This document shows positions 9,935 to 19,979 of a stretch of 62,998 nucleotides of DNA, piece by piece; position 1 is the stretch's first letter; each line of letters starts with the position of its first letter. This DNA is from an uncultured Erysipelotrichaceae bacterium (GTDB taxonomy: Bacteria; Bacillota_I; Bacilli_A; RFN20; CAG-826), in the NCBI GenBank assembly GCA_902769185.1, contig CACXNV010000003.1, positions 1 through 62,998 on the forward strand, given 5' to 3'. The notes beneath the pieces are model-generated. The model was not told the DNA's origin and did no database searches. It was given only the letters and a program-made list of their open reading frames with translations. Made by a program: the position numbers and the translations under genes.

Positions 9935-11025
9935 ATTAATTCGTTTATTGTTTTTAAATAGATATTAATAGTTGTTTTGCGATTAAAATTGTTTGCAACA
10001 AACTCTCGCCCAAATTTGCCCATTTCTTCTATTTTTTCTTTGCTTGTCCTTGCGGCATTTTTAATTGCGAAAATCAAATCTTCTAAATTATTTGATCTAA
10101 CTCCATAACCTGTCTTCCCTTCAATTAATAGTTCTTTGCATCCGTAGTTATCGTTAGTTGTAATAATTGGTCTACCACAAGCAAGAGATTCTAATAGTAC
10201 GTTCGAAATGCCTTCATTATAGAACGAAGGAGAAATGATGAAATCGCTTTTTTTATAATAATGAAGAACATCTTTTTCAAATGAATGGAATTCAACGTTA
10301 TTTAATGAGCTAATTCCTTCTTTTTTAATTAATTTTTTAGACTCTTTGGTCTCGCTCCCAAGGAAAATGAAACGAGTTCTTGAATATTCTTTGACAACGT
10401 ACGGAATTGCTTTAATAAGAGCATTAAAACCCTTGGTTTCAATTAATCTAGAAGGGTATAGAAAAGTTGTTCCGTCATGTTTGTCTAGTGGGAATAACTG
10501 GAATCTTTCAACATTAACTCCAGAGCCAGGAATTATTGAATAGTTATTAACTGGAATTTTGTGTTTTTTAAAGCATTTAATTCCACCCTCGTTTTGGAAC
10601 ATTATATGATCTACATTTTTGAACGATTTTCTATATAAATGTAAAACATATTTTTTTAATAGGCCGTTTTTATCAAAAGCAGATCCCAATCCTGTAATAT
10701 TTGCGATGGATATATATTTTTTATTTTTAGATAAATTACAGAAAATATTTGGCTTGATTGTAAAGGTTAGCAATACATCAGGGTTATAATCTTTAATTAT
10801 TCTTTTATATTTTTTTATCAACGATAAATTTTTAAAAACATTCTTGGATTTTAAATTTGTGTTTAAACGGATAACTTTAATATCTTTAGAATAATGTTTA
10901 ACTACTTCATTAGAAAATTCACCAGCAAGACAAATGTCGTATTTTTCTTCTATGAGTCTGTCTAGAAGTTCTTTTCTAAATGATTGCAATGTAATGTTGT
11001 TATTTTCAACGAATAGTATTTTCAT
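9925..11025 (-). CDS. GT4 glycosyltransferase (CapM/PglA-like)
   Basis: FTIKPNI, NITGLG, PGSGV, EGISNVLLE. Confidence 0.9.
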   Translation of the reverse strand: MKILFVENNNITLQSFRKELLDRLIEEKYDICLAGEFSNEVVKHYSKDIKVIRLNTNLKSKNVFKNLSLIKKYKRIIKDYNPDVLLTFTIKPNIFCNLSKNKKYISIANITGLGSAFDKNGLLKKYVLHLYRKSFKNVDHIMFQNEGGIKCFKKHKIPVNNYSIIPGSGVNVERFQLFPLDKHDGTTFLYPSRLIETKGFNALIKAIPYVVKEYSRTRFIFLGSETKESKKLIKKEGISSLNNVEFHSFEKDVLHYYKKSDFIISPSFYNEGISNVLLESLACGRPIITTNDNYGCKELLIEGKTGYGVRSNNLEDLIFAIKNAARTSKEKIEEMGKFGREFVANNFNRKTTINIYLKTINELIKR

Positions 11026-11030
11026 ATTGT

Positions 11031-11567
11031 CTATTGTCTAGAGATAATCTTGGCGGGCACCCCACCTAATGTAATTGATGATTCTTCAAAACTCTTGGTT
11101 ACAACCGCTCCTGCTCCGATTGTTATGTTATCTCTTAAAACTATTCCGCCAATTATGGATGCACCGACACCAATGTAACAATTATCACCAATAATAGGAC
11201 CATTTTCTTTTCCACTAGTAGCAACAAGAGCTGTGTTAATGTGAATGCGGCAATTTTTTCCGACCCTTGTGTTTTTATTTATAAGAATAGAACCAATGTG
11301 GACGATATATAGCCCAATATCAAAATTATTTGGACTAATATGAAAGCCGTATTTAATCCCAATAGATGTTGCTTTCATTTTATAAAATAAAGTCCTGCAT
11401 TTATGATTACTATTGTAATGATATTCCCATTTTCGTAAAAATTTTTGATAACGCCAAATAATTGAACTTTCAGATAATCCAATCAGCGAAAGAAACCATG
11501 ATGTTTTTACATATGATTTTTTTTCGGTTTTTAAACATTGTTTTAATTCGGCTTTTGTTTTAATCAT
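11031..11567 (-). CDS. Serine-acetyltransferase-like LbH O-acetyltransferase
   Basis: GLYIVHIG, PIIGDNCYIGVGA, TIGAGAVVTKSF, GGVPAK. Confidence 0.85.
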   Translation of the reverse strand: MIKTKAELKQCLKTEKKSYVKTSWFLSLIGLSESSIIWRYQKFLRKWEYHYNSNHKCRTLFYKMKATSIGIKYGFHISPNNFDIGLYIVHIGSILINKNTRVGKNCRIHINTALVATSGKENGPIIGDNCYIGVGASIIGGIVLRDNITIGAGAVVTKSFEESSITLGGVPAKIISRQ

Positions 11568-11642
11568 AGTGTTGTTAATAATATCATATTTTTTAAATGC
11601 TGTACTTTTTTTATAAAAAAAATATATAATTAAGCACGCAAT

Positions 11643-12701
11643 ATGAAAGAAAATAATAAAAACATTTGTTTTGTTGTTACAAATATGAAAAGTGGTGGTT
11701 TACAAAGAAATGCTAGTATTTTAGCCAACCACTTTGATTCTGTGGGTAACAAAGTATTTATTTGTTGTTTATATTCCATTGACTGCTTTTTTGAATTAAA
11801 CAAAGGTGTTGAGATAATTGATTTGACCACCAATAAAAGAAAAATTAGATCGTTATCAATCTGGAAGAAATCTCTTAGAGACTTCTTTGATAAGAATAAC
11901 ATTGATTCTGTAGTTTCTTTTGGAGAAAGATGTGGGATAGTTACTGCTTCTGCTATCAAAAAAAGAAACATCAACCATATTTGTAGAGGCGTAAACACGA
12001 ACCCTAAATTTATTAATAAATTATTCTTAAATTTGAAGATTAATAATATAGACCATTTTGTTTTTCAAACAAATGCTCAGAAAAATATATATAATAAGAA
12101 AATGCAAAATAAAGGTGTTGTAATATCTAACCCATTTAAGTTGTATGATAAATGTTTGAATACTGGCGAAGGAAATAAACGATTTGTCTCAGTTGCTAGT
12201 TATAAGATAAATCAAAAAAGACAAGACATTATGGTGCAAGCATTTGCCAAGTTTTACGTTAATCACCCAGATTATTCTTTAGAATTGTATGGAGAAGTGG
12301 ATAATAACACTGCATCAATAGAAAACCTTATTAATAAACTTAATCTTAAAGATAATGTTAGAATTATGGGCGAAAAAAGCAATGTTAAAGAATTAATTGT
12401 TAATAGCCGCGCTTTCATATGCACATCGACGTATGAAGGTATGCCAAATGCGATGATAGAAGCTCTGGCGTTAGGAATTCCGGTCATCACCACAGATTGG
12501 AATGGATATGATGAAATTATCAATGACAAAGTAAATGGACTTGTTTGTAAAATGAATGATGTTGATCAAATATCTAATGCAATGGCTTTAATTGCAGATA
12601 ATGATAACTTATTTAACTCTATTAAAAACAATGCTTGGCATCATATAATTTGTAATTTTAATTTTATTAATGTTTTTAAAAAGTGGGATGAGATAATTTA
12701 A
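11643..12701 (+). CDS. GT4 glycosyltransferase
   Basis: SGGLQR, FVFQT, QKRQD, YEGMPNAMIEA. Confidence 0.9.
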   Translation: MKENNKNICFVVTNMKSGGLQRNASILANHFDSVGNKVFICCLYSIDCFFELNKGVEIIDLTTNKRKIRSLSIWKKSLRDFFDKNNIDSVVSFGERCGIVTASAIKKRNINHICRGVNTNPKFINKLFLNLKINNIDHFVFQTNAQKNIYNKKMQNKGVVISNPFKLYDKCLNTGEGNKRFVSVASYKINQKRQDIMVQAFAKFYVNHPDYSLELYGEVDNNTASIENLINKLNLKDNVRIMGEKSNVKELIVNSRAFICTSTYEGMPNAMIEALALGIPVITTDWNGYDEIINDKVNGLVCKMNDVDQISNAMALIADNDNLFNSIKNNAWHHIICNFNFINVFKKWDEII

Positions 12702-12702
12702 T

Positions 12703-13767
12703 ATGAAGATTGTTATTTATACACATTATTTAAAAGGTGGTGGAGCTGAAAAAAGGGCAACTACATATGCAAACTATCTTTTTGATAGCGGAATTGATGT
12801 TCATGTAGTTACCATTTATCCAACAGAAAGTGAGTACACTATCAACAATAAAATAAAAAGAAGTTTTATTGCATCTAACAAAACTGAATATGACAAATTA
12901 TCAATTGCTAAAAAAACTAAAAGACTTAGAGAAATTCTTACAAATATTAAACCAGATGTTGTTGTTTCTTTTTTAACTACATACGGACTATATACTGTTT
13001 TTGCTAGAAGGCATTGTAAAGAACTAAAAAACACAAAATTAGTTTATTGTGTTACTGTCTATCAGAGAAAGTATTCGTTAAAGCACAGAATAGTTGATTT
13101 TTTATGCTGTTTGCATTCCGATAGAATATCACTACAATGCTATGAGCAGATTAAATGTAATCGTCTTTTTAAAAGGAAATGTATAGTTAACTTTAATCCT
13201 GTTGCTGATAAGTGGGATGTATATAAAAGAAATTATTCCTCTTTGTCCATTATTTCTGTTGGGCGTTTAACAAAACAAAAAAGATTCGATATAACTATTA
13301 AAGCTGTATGCAGGGCACATGCTATAAATAGCAACATCTCATTAGATATATTTGGCGATGGACCATTAAAAAACAAATTAAACAAATTAATTAAAAAATA
13401 CAAAGCTGAAAAATACATAAAGTTGATAGGTTTTTCCTTTGAGTTACCAAAAGAATTAGAAAAGCATAATATGATGATATCTTCTAGCGGATTTGAAGGG
13501 TTTCCTAACGGCTTGGCCGAAGGGATGCTTGCTGGGCTTGTTTGCCTATCAACACCATGTCCAACCGGTCCGAAAGAAATTATTGAAAATAATGTTAACG
13601 GCATTTTATTTAAAAATAAAAAAGAATTAACTTCTAGTATAATTAGATTGATTAATAACCCATTATTATGCGAAAACCTTGGCATAGAGGCTAGAAAATC
13701 ATGTTTAAAAAGATTTGAGGCCAGTGTTGTTTTGCCTAAATTTCTTAAAGATTTATCTAAATTGTAA
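12703..13767 (+). CDS. GT4 glycosyltransferase
   Basis: GGGAEK, SVGRLTKQKRF, FEGFPNGLAEG. Confidence 0.9.
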   Translation: MKIVIYTHYLKGGGAEKRATTYANYLFDSGIDVHVVTIYPTESEYTINNKIKRSFIASNKTEYDKLSIAKKTKRLREILTNIKPDVVVSFLTTYGLYTVFARRHCKELKNTKLVYCVTVYQRKYSLKHRIVDFLCCLHSDRISLQCYEQIKCNRLFKRKCIVNFNPVADKWDVYKRNYSSLSIISVGRLTKQKRFDITIKAVCRAHAINSNISLDIFGDGPLKNKLNKLIKKYKAEKYIKLIGFSFELPKELEKHNMMISSSGFEGFPNGLAEGMLAGLVCLSTPCPTGPKEIIENNVNGILFKNKKELTSSIIRLINNPLLCENLGIEARKSCLKRFEASVVLPKFLKDLSKL

Positions 13768-13831
13768 TTTTTTATTAATTATTAATAAATGATAAACAAT
13801 TAAATAGTAGTTGTGATAACATAATTAGCAT

Positions 13832-14755
13832 ATGAAATTTAAAAAAGCCTTAAAACATCCAATTCAATCTTTTAAAAGAACACTGACTAGATTCAGATTG
13901 CGTTTAACTTGTTTTAGGTGTGTATCAGATAAATCTGCCATTTGCAAACAATATAAGTTATCAATGAAAAAGAAACTTAATCTAGATAACCCAAAAACTT
14001 TTAACGAAAAACTTAATTGGATAAAACTATATTATAGAAAGCCATTATTTATTGATATGGTTGATAAGTATAATGTTAAGCAATTGGTTTCAAACAAGAT
14101 TGGCGAAGAATACGTTATTCCTTCAATTGGCGTTTATAAGAAATGGGATGAAATTGATTTCTCAAAAATTGAGGCACCTTTTGTTATTAAGACCACTCAT
14201 TCAAGCGGATGTATTGCTGTGATTAAAGAAAAAAACGAGAGAGTTTTAGAGTCTACAAAAAAGAAAATGAATAGATCTCTTAGGACTAATTATTTTTATC
14301 ACTGCCGCGAATGGGCATATAAGAACGTTGAACCAAGAATTATAATTGAAAAGTTTGTTAAAGATGAAAAAGAAGACAATTTACCAGTCTTTAAATTTTT
14401 CTGTTTTGATGGTGAGCCTTATTTGGTTCAGACAATTAAAAATGATAAAACCAAATATGAGACAATTGATTATTTTGATATGGATTGGAAACTATTAAAT
14501 CTTAGACAAAATTTCAATAATTCCGACATTCCATTAGATAAACCAAGAAATTTTGGAGAAATGAAAAAAATAGCTGCTCAATTATCAAAAGGTTTCCCTT
14601 TTATAAGAGTTGACTTATATTCCGTTAATGGAAAAGTGTTTTTCTCGGAATTCACTTTCTTTTCTGATGCTGGTTATCAAAGATTTTATCCTGATGAATG
14701 GGATTATATTCTTGGAGAAAAGATTAAATTAGATTTAAATGAAAAATATTGTTAG
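13832..14755 (+). CDS. TupA-like ATP-grasp amidoligase
   Basis: LDNPKTFNEKLNW, VDKYNVK, KTTHSSG, PRIIIEK, FKFFCFDG, RVDLY, SEFTF. Confidence 0.85.
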   Translation: MKFKKALKHPIQSFKRTLTRFRLRLTCFRCVSDKSAICKQYKLSMKKKLNLDNPKTFNEKLNWIKLYYRKPLFIDMVDKYNVKQLVSNKIGEEYVIPSIGVYKKWDEIDFSKIEAPFVIKTTHSSGCIAVIKEKNERVLESTKKKMNRSLRTNYFYHCREWAYKNVEPRIIIEKFVKDEKEDNLPVFKFFCFDGEPYLVQTIKNDKTKYETIDYFDMDWKLLNLRQNFNNSDIPLDKPRNFGEMKKIAAQLSKGFPFIRVDLYSVNGKVFFSEFTFFSDAGYQRFYPDEWDYILGEKIKLDLNEKYC

Positions 14756-17700
14756 TCCAAATTCAAGATTATCTAAATCTTTGGTGAATGTCGCCACTGG
14801 TGTTGTTCTCCAAATTTTGACGTTGGCACTAAGCTTTGTTGTTAGAATCGTTTTTGTAAGAAGAATTGGCTATGACTATTTAGGTGTTTCTTCTTTGTTT
14901 ACTAACATTTTAACTGTTTTATCTGTCGCAGATCTCGGATTTGGTACATCAATTAGTATTTCATTATATGCAGCTTTAAAAAAAGCGGATGAAGACCATA
15001 TTGCAGGTATTATTTCTTATTATAAGAAAGTTTATCTTATCATCGGTGGAATTATTTTTACAGTTGGGTGTGCTATTTGTCCTTTTGTTGGGCATATTGT
15101 TAATACTTCTACACCTGTTCCTTTTCTTGAATTATATTTCTTTATATATTTGGTTAACCTTGTTTCAACTTACTTTATATCCTATAGACATGCGATTATT
15201 AAGGCAGATCAAAAAAATGGTGTTCTCAACGTTATACACTCATTGGTTCTTTTGGCTAAAAGTATTGTTGAATTACTAATATTAACTATTTTTCCTTTTT
15301 TTGCAGAACCACAATACGTTTATATTTCTTATTTGGTTGTCATGGTTCTCGCTACATATGCTGGAGAAATTATTAGTGCCAGATTAGCCAAGAAAATGTA
15401 TCCTTTCGCCTTTGTTAAACGAGAGATACCAAAAGAAGAAAAAAAAGAAATTTCAAAAAATGTTAGAAGTTTGTTGCTTTATAAAGTTTGTAAAGCTGTC
15501 AATGTATCTATTGACAGTATTTTAATTTCTATAATGGTTAGTACAACTATTTTAGGTAAATATAATAATTATGTATTAATTATTAATGTCTTGATGGGAT
15601 TTGGTGCTTTGATATCCAGAAACTCTATTGCAAGTTTAGGAAACTTTGTCTTGACCGAATCAAAAGAACGTCAAATTAAGATGTTTAACACCATTAATTT
15701 TATTCATATAGTAATAACGGCATTCTTTGTTGTTAACTATGTTGGTATTTTAAATCCATTTTTCCATCTAGCATTTGGGCTTGATTCTACGCTATCTGTT
15801 GTTACACTGGCTTTTAGTGCCATTCATTTAGCATTCAATATGAACTACCAAGTTAATGAATTGTTTAGGGAAACAACAAAGATGTTTAGAAAAATTCCAT
15901 ATATCTCTGCTATTAATTTAGCTTTGAATATAGGTTTATCTATTTTATTAGGACATTTTTATGGATTAGAAGGAATTCTTGCTGGAACTCTTATTGCTTA
16001 TTTTTGCACATCATTCTGGTTTGAAACTTTCGCTTTGTTTAAGTTTTATTTTAAATCTTCTTCTAAAAATGTTTGGATTAAACTCGGATATGCTATTTTG
16101 TCCATTTCTGCTTGCTCGGTTGCTGCATATTTCATCAGCACAAAAGTTGTGCTCAATAGTCAAGTCGCACAACTAGTATTATCAGCATTTATTTCTGTGG
16201 TTTTATCTATTATTTGTATATTCTCTTTTGTGTGGTTTGAAGAATTTAAACCAGTATTTTTAACAGCAAAGAGAATACTTATTTCGATATACAAGAAAAT
16301 CAATGGATTCTTGACTAAAGAAAAGGTGCAAATTGCAACCTTAATTATTTCTATCGTTGCAATTGTTTGTTTAACTGTTGTCAGAGATTTATTGACTATT
16401 GAAATCGATAAATATATTTTTGTTGCCCTCTGTTTTGTTTTTGCTTCTTTATTAAAAAAGGAATATTTCTTGGGCTTTGTTTTCTTCTTGATACCATTCC
16501 ACTCTGGAATGTCTACAAGAATTATCTATCCAATGCTGACTATTATTTTCTTATTGAAAAACTTGAAGATGTTCAAGAATTGGAGATTGTTAATTAATTA
16601 CTTATTAATACCTACACTTATAGCTATATTAGAAATTATAATGTCCACTGTCTATGGCGGGACAACATCATTTGATGTAGTACTATTGATTTGGGCAATC
16701 TTAGTTATTTTCTCTTTCATTGTTTACGATAAAAAAGAAACATCTAGACTCCCAATTAAATTATTTGTTGCTGGCGCTGCAATTGTTGGATTAATAATGG
16801 CGGCTAATTGGATAAAAATAGCATGGTATACTTCATCTAAATCAACAGTGCCTGGTATGTCATTCACCGATATTTTATCTAAAAATAGGTTTGGTGATGT
16901 TCAAGGCTTGATAGAATGGTGTGAATTTTGGGGACAAATAACATATCCATTTAAAACATCCATGAAATTGGGCGATAACGAAAACTATGTTGGTCTTTTA
17001 ATGCTTGTTGGACTTATGACTTCAGCATTCTTGCTTTTCAAAAAAGAAAAGTTATATATTAAATTGTTGATTTGCTTAGCGGCTTTAGTTTTTGCTGTTC
17101 TTGGTGTCTATACAGCATCTAAATCATTCTTTATATGTTTTGCCATATTCATATTTGTGTTCTTCTTATCTCTATATGCCGAAAACAGATTAAAACTTTG
17201 GGTTGTTGGTTTGATTCTTGGTAGCATAACAGCAGCCACACTCATTGTTTGTTTTAAAGTTCCGTTTGTTAATAAATATCTTGTTGATAGATTAAATAAT
17301 GATTCAGGAAGATTTACACTTATTGGTCAATATTTTGGAGAAATATTTAGAAGACCTTTAGTTGCACTTTTTGGCACTGGTTCGTCAATGACTCAAACAT
17401 TATTTAGCATTAAAGAACCCCCACACAATTCAATTGTTCAAATAGTTGGAGGTTATGGCTTGTTTGGGTTTGGTGTTATTATTGCTGGTACTATTTTAAC
17501 TTTTGGAAAAGCTCGAAAAAGAGTCAGTATTATAAAAGATGATATTTTAGGATCTTTAGCCCCGTTATTTGTTTATGTCATATTTACTATGACATCTCAA
17601 ATATTCTTACCACCTACAACATTAGTATTTGGTCTACCAGCCATGTATATATTCATTAGTAAATGTAATTATATTTCAACTACAGGAGCGTTAAATATGA

Positions 17701-18797
17701 ACTTTAGAAAAGATAACAAACTCGAAGTAAAGCGATCAAAAAAACAAAATACCTCTGATGGCAAAAAACTGGAGGGTAAGGTTTTAGTAACTGGTGCCGC
17801 TGGATTTATAGGAAGTTTTTTAGTAAAGAAGCTTTTAGAAACCACAAACTATACAATTGTTGGTATTGATAATATGAATGATTATTATGATGTTTCTTTA
17901 AAGAAAGCAAGAATTAGACAAATAAAAAAGAACAAGAAATTTATATTTATTAAAGATGACATCTCGGATAGAGAGGCAATTGAAAAATTATTTAAAAGAT
18001 ATAAATTCGACATCGTTGTTAATTTAGCTGCTCAGGCTGGTGTGAGATATTCCATAGACCATCCTGATACATACATCAAATCTAACATTATTGGCATGTA
18101 CTATATTTTAGAAGCGTGTAGATATAATCCTGTTAAACATCTAGTATATGCTTCTAGCTCATCTGTATATGGTGGTAACACTAAAGTACCATTTAGTACA
18201 AAAGACAAAGTGGATAATCCAGTAAGTTTATATGCCGCTACTAAAAAGAGCGATGAATTATTAGCGCATGCTTATAGTAAGTTATATAACATACCTACCA
18301 CTGGACTTAGATTCTTTACTGTATATGGTCCAATGGGCAGACCAGACATGGCCTATTTCTCATTTACTAACAAGCTAATTAAAGGCGAACAAATTGACAT
18401 CTTTAATTATGGAAATTGTAAAAGAGATTTTACGTATGTCGATGACATTGTTGATGGCGTTATTAAAGTTATGGAGAATCCACCAAAGAAGAAAGAAGGA
18501 GAAGATGGATTACCTATTCCTCCATATAAGGTTTATAACATTGGTAATAGTAATCCAGAAAATTTAATGGATTTTGTTAATACGCTTGCTGATTCACTAA
18601 AGAATGCAAAAGTGTTGCCAGACAACTTTGATGTTGAACAATACATTAGATTAGTACCAATGCAAAAAGGTGATGTCGAAGTAACATACGCCGACACATC
18701 TGATTTAGAAAAAGATTTCGGTTATAAACCATCAACCCCATTAAGTGAGGGATTAAAAAGATTTGCTGAGTGGTATAAGGATTATTATAAAAAATAG
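14739..18797 (+). CDS. Fusion of Wzx-type flippase, O-antigen ligase/polymerase-like domain and UDP-glucuronate 4-epimerase
   Basis: N-terminal multi-TM exporter (LSVADLGFG, LGKYNNY); middle multi-TM with SGRF, FGTG and PHNSIVQ; C-terminal SDR with GAAGFIG, LAAQAGVRYS, YAATK and RFFTVYGP. Confidence 0.85.
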   Translation: MKNIVSPNSRLSKSLVNVATGVVLQILTLALSFVVRIVFVRRIGYDYLGVSSLFTNILTVLSVADLGFGTSISISLYAALKKADEDHIAGIISYYKKVYLIIGGIIFTVGCAICPFVGHIVNTSTPVPFLELYFFIYLVNLVSTYFISYRHAIIKADQKNGVLNVIHSLVLLAKSIVELLILTIFPFFAEPQYVYISYLVVMVLATYAGEIISARLAKKMYPFAFVKREIPKEEKKEISKNVRSLLLYKVCKAVNVSIDSILISIMVSTTILGKYNNYVLIINVLMGFGALISRNSIASLGNFVLTESKERQIKMFNTINFIHIVITAFFVVNYVGILNPFFHLAFGLDSTLSVVTLAFSAIHLAFNMNYQVNELFRETTKMFRKIPYISAINLALNIGLSILLGHFYGLEGILAGTLIAYFCTSFWFETFALFKFYFKSSSKNVWIKLGYAILSISACSVAAYFISTKVVLNSQVAQLVLSAFISVVLSIICIFSFVWFEEFKPVFLTAKRILISIYKKINGFLTKEKVQIATLIISIVAIVCLTVVRDLLTIEIDKYIFVALCFVFASLLKKEYFLGFVFFLIPFHSGMSTRIIYPMLTIIFLLKNLKMFKNWRLLINYLLIPTLIAILEIIMSTVYGGTTSFDVVLLIWAILVIFSFIVYDKKETSRLPIKLFVAGAAIVGLIMAANWIKIAWYTSSKSTVPGMSFTDILSKNRFGDVQGLIEWCEFWGQITYPFKTSMKLGDNENYVGLLMLVGLMTSAFLLFKKEKLYIKLLICLAALVFAVLGVYTASKSFFICFAIFIFVFFLSLYAENRLKLWVVGLILGSITAATLIVCFKVPFVNKYLVDRLNNDSGRFTLIGQYFGEIFRRPLVALFGTGSSMTQTLFSIKEPPHNSIVQIVGGYGLFGFGVIIAGTILTFGKARKRVSIIKDDILGSLAPLFVYVIFTMTSQIFLPPTTLVFGLPAMYIFISKCNYISTTGALNMNFRKDNKLEVKRSKKQNTSDGKKLEGKVLVTGAAGFIGSFLVKKLLETTNYTIVGIDNMNDYYDVSLKKARIRQIKKNKKFIFIKDDISDREAIEKLFKRYKFDIVVNLAAQAGVRYSIDHPDTYIKSNIIGMYYILEACRYNPVKHLVYASSSSVYGGNTKVPFSTKDKVDNPVSLYAATKKSDELLAHAYSKLYNIPTTGLRFFTVYGPMGRPDMAYFSFTNKLIKGEQIDIFNYGNCKRDFTYVDDIVDGVIKVMENPPKKKEGEDGLPIPPYKVYNIGNSNPENLMDFVNTLADSLKNAKVLPDNFDVEQYIRLVPMQKGDVEVTYADTSDLEKDFGYKPSTPLSEGLKRFAEWYKDYYKK

Positions 18798-18889
18798 CTT
18801 TAAACTAATAAAATGCGAAATAATTAGTTAGAAATTAATAATGATGTTTATATTAATTAACTCAATAACTAAGGAAGAATATTAATTAG

Positions 18890-19855
18890 ATGAAATCGAT
18901 AAAAAAATTGTTTATTAAATTATTTCCGTGTCTATATTACAAACTTTATGTAATTGTTAAAACACACAAAGCCAATAAGGTAAAAAATAAAAAGCTTTTT
19001 TGTATAGAAAAATATAAAAAAAGATTTGGTGCTTTAATTGATTTAGATAATCCAAAAACATTTTATGAAAAGCTTAATTATTTAAGATTGTTTTGGGACA
19101 GCGAACAATCTAAGGAACTTGTCGATAAGCATTTAGTTAAAGAATATTTATTGAATAAAGGGTATGGCAAATTTATTGCAAAGGAAATTGCTTATTTTGA
19201 ATCATTCGCTGATTTCAAAAAAGCTTTTGTAAGTATTGCTAATCAGCACCATAGATTTGTTGTTAAATTAGCACACACTAGTGGTGATGTTTTTTTCTTT
19301 GATAATTGGAAATGGAGAGACAAACACGGTTTTAAAACAAGTAAAAGGTCTGTCTTTTCATGCTTAAGCAATAAAATTAAATACAATTATTATTGTGAAA
19401 ATTTTGAAAACCCATATATTCACCTTAAAGGATCTATTATTATTGAAGAGTATTTACCTTCTTTATCTTCTCATGGATTAAATGAATTTAAAATTTTTTG
19501 CAATTACGGAAAACCTATTTTAATTAACTATGTGGAAGGCAGGCAAAACAAAACACATGTTACAGAATGTTTTTTATATAGTGATTTAAGAAACACTCAT
19601 TATAAACAAAACCAAAACACTTTTGATTTCGAACGTCTAGAACAGGATGTTCCATACAAAGAGATGATGGACTTCTGTAAGAATACATGCTCTGAATTTC
19701 CGCTTGTTAGAGTTGACTTATTATTAAATAAGAACTCGTTTATGTTCTGTGAGTTCACTTTCTATGATTGTGGTGGATATAATATCTTTACGCCAGGAGA
19801 AGCAAACTTAAAACTTGGAAGTCTGATTGATATAAGCGCTATATCCAATAATTAA
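18890..19855 (+). CDS. Second TupA-like ATP-grasp amidoligase
   Basis: DLDNPKTFYEKLNY, VDKHLVK, KLAHTSG, IIIEEY, FKIFCNYG, RVDLL, CEFTF. Confidence 0.8.
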   Translation: MKSIKKLFIKLFPCLYYKLYVIVKTHKANKVKNKKLFCIEKYKKRFGALIDLDNPKTFYEKLNYLRLFWDSEQSKELVDKHLVKEYLLNKGYGKFIAKEIAYFESFADFKKAFVSIANQHHRFVVKLAHTSGDVFFFDNWKWRDKHGFKTSKRSVFSCLSNKIKYNYYCENFENPYIHLKGSIIIEEYLPSLSSHGLNEFKIFCNYGKPILINYVEGRQNKTHVTECFLYSDLRNTHYKQNQNTFDFERLEQDVPYKEMMDFCKNTCSEFPLVRVDLLLNKNSFMFCEFTFYDCGGYNIFTPGEANLKLGSLIDISAISNN

Positions 19856-19979
19856 CCTGATTCTTTTAATATTTAGTTATTAAAACCTTACAAAAATATA
19901 AATTAAATTTTTGATTGTGATTTCTAAATTATTTTACATAACTATGAATGCACAACAAATAGTTTTTATTATTTAAATT

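Noticed and set aside
9925-11642. Invertible segment explaining the reversed GT and acetyltransferase pair
   Set aside because: No matching inverted repeats at the two ends and no invertase in the window.
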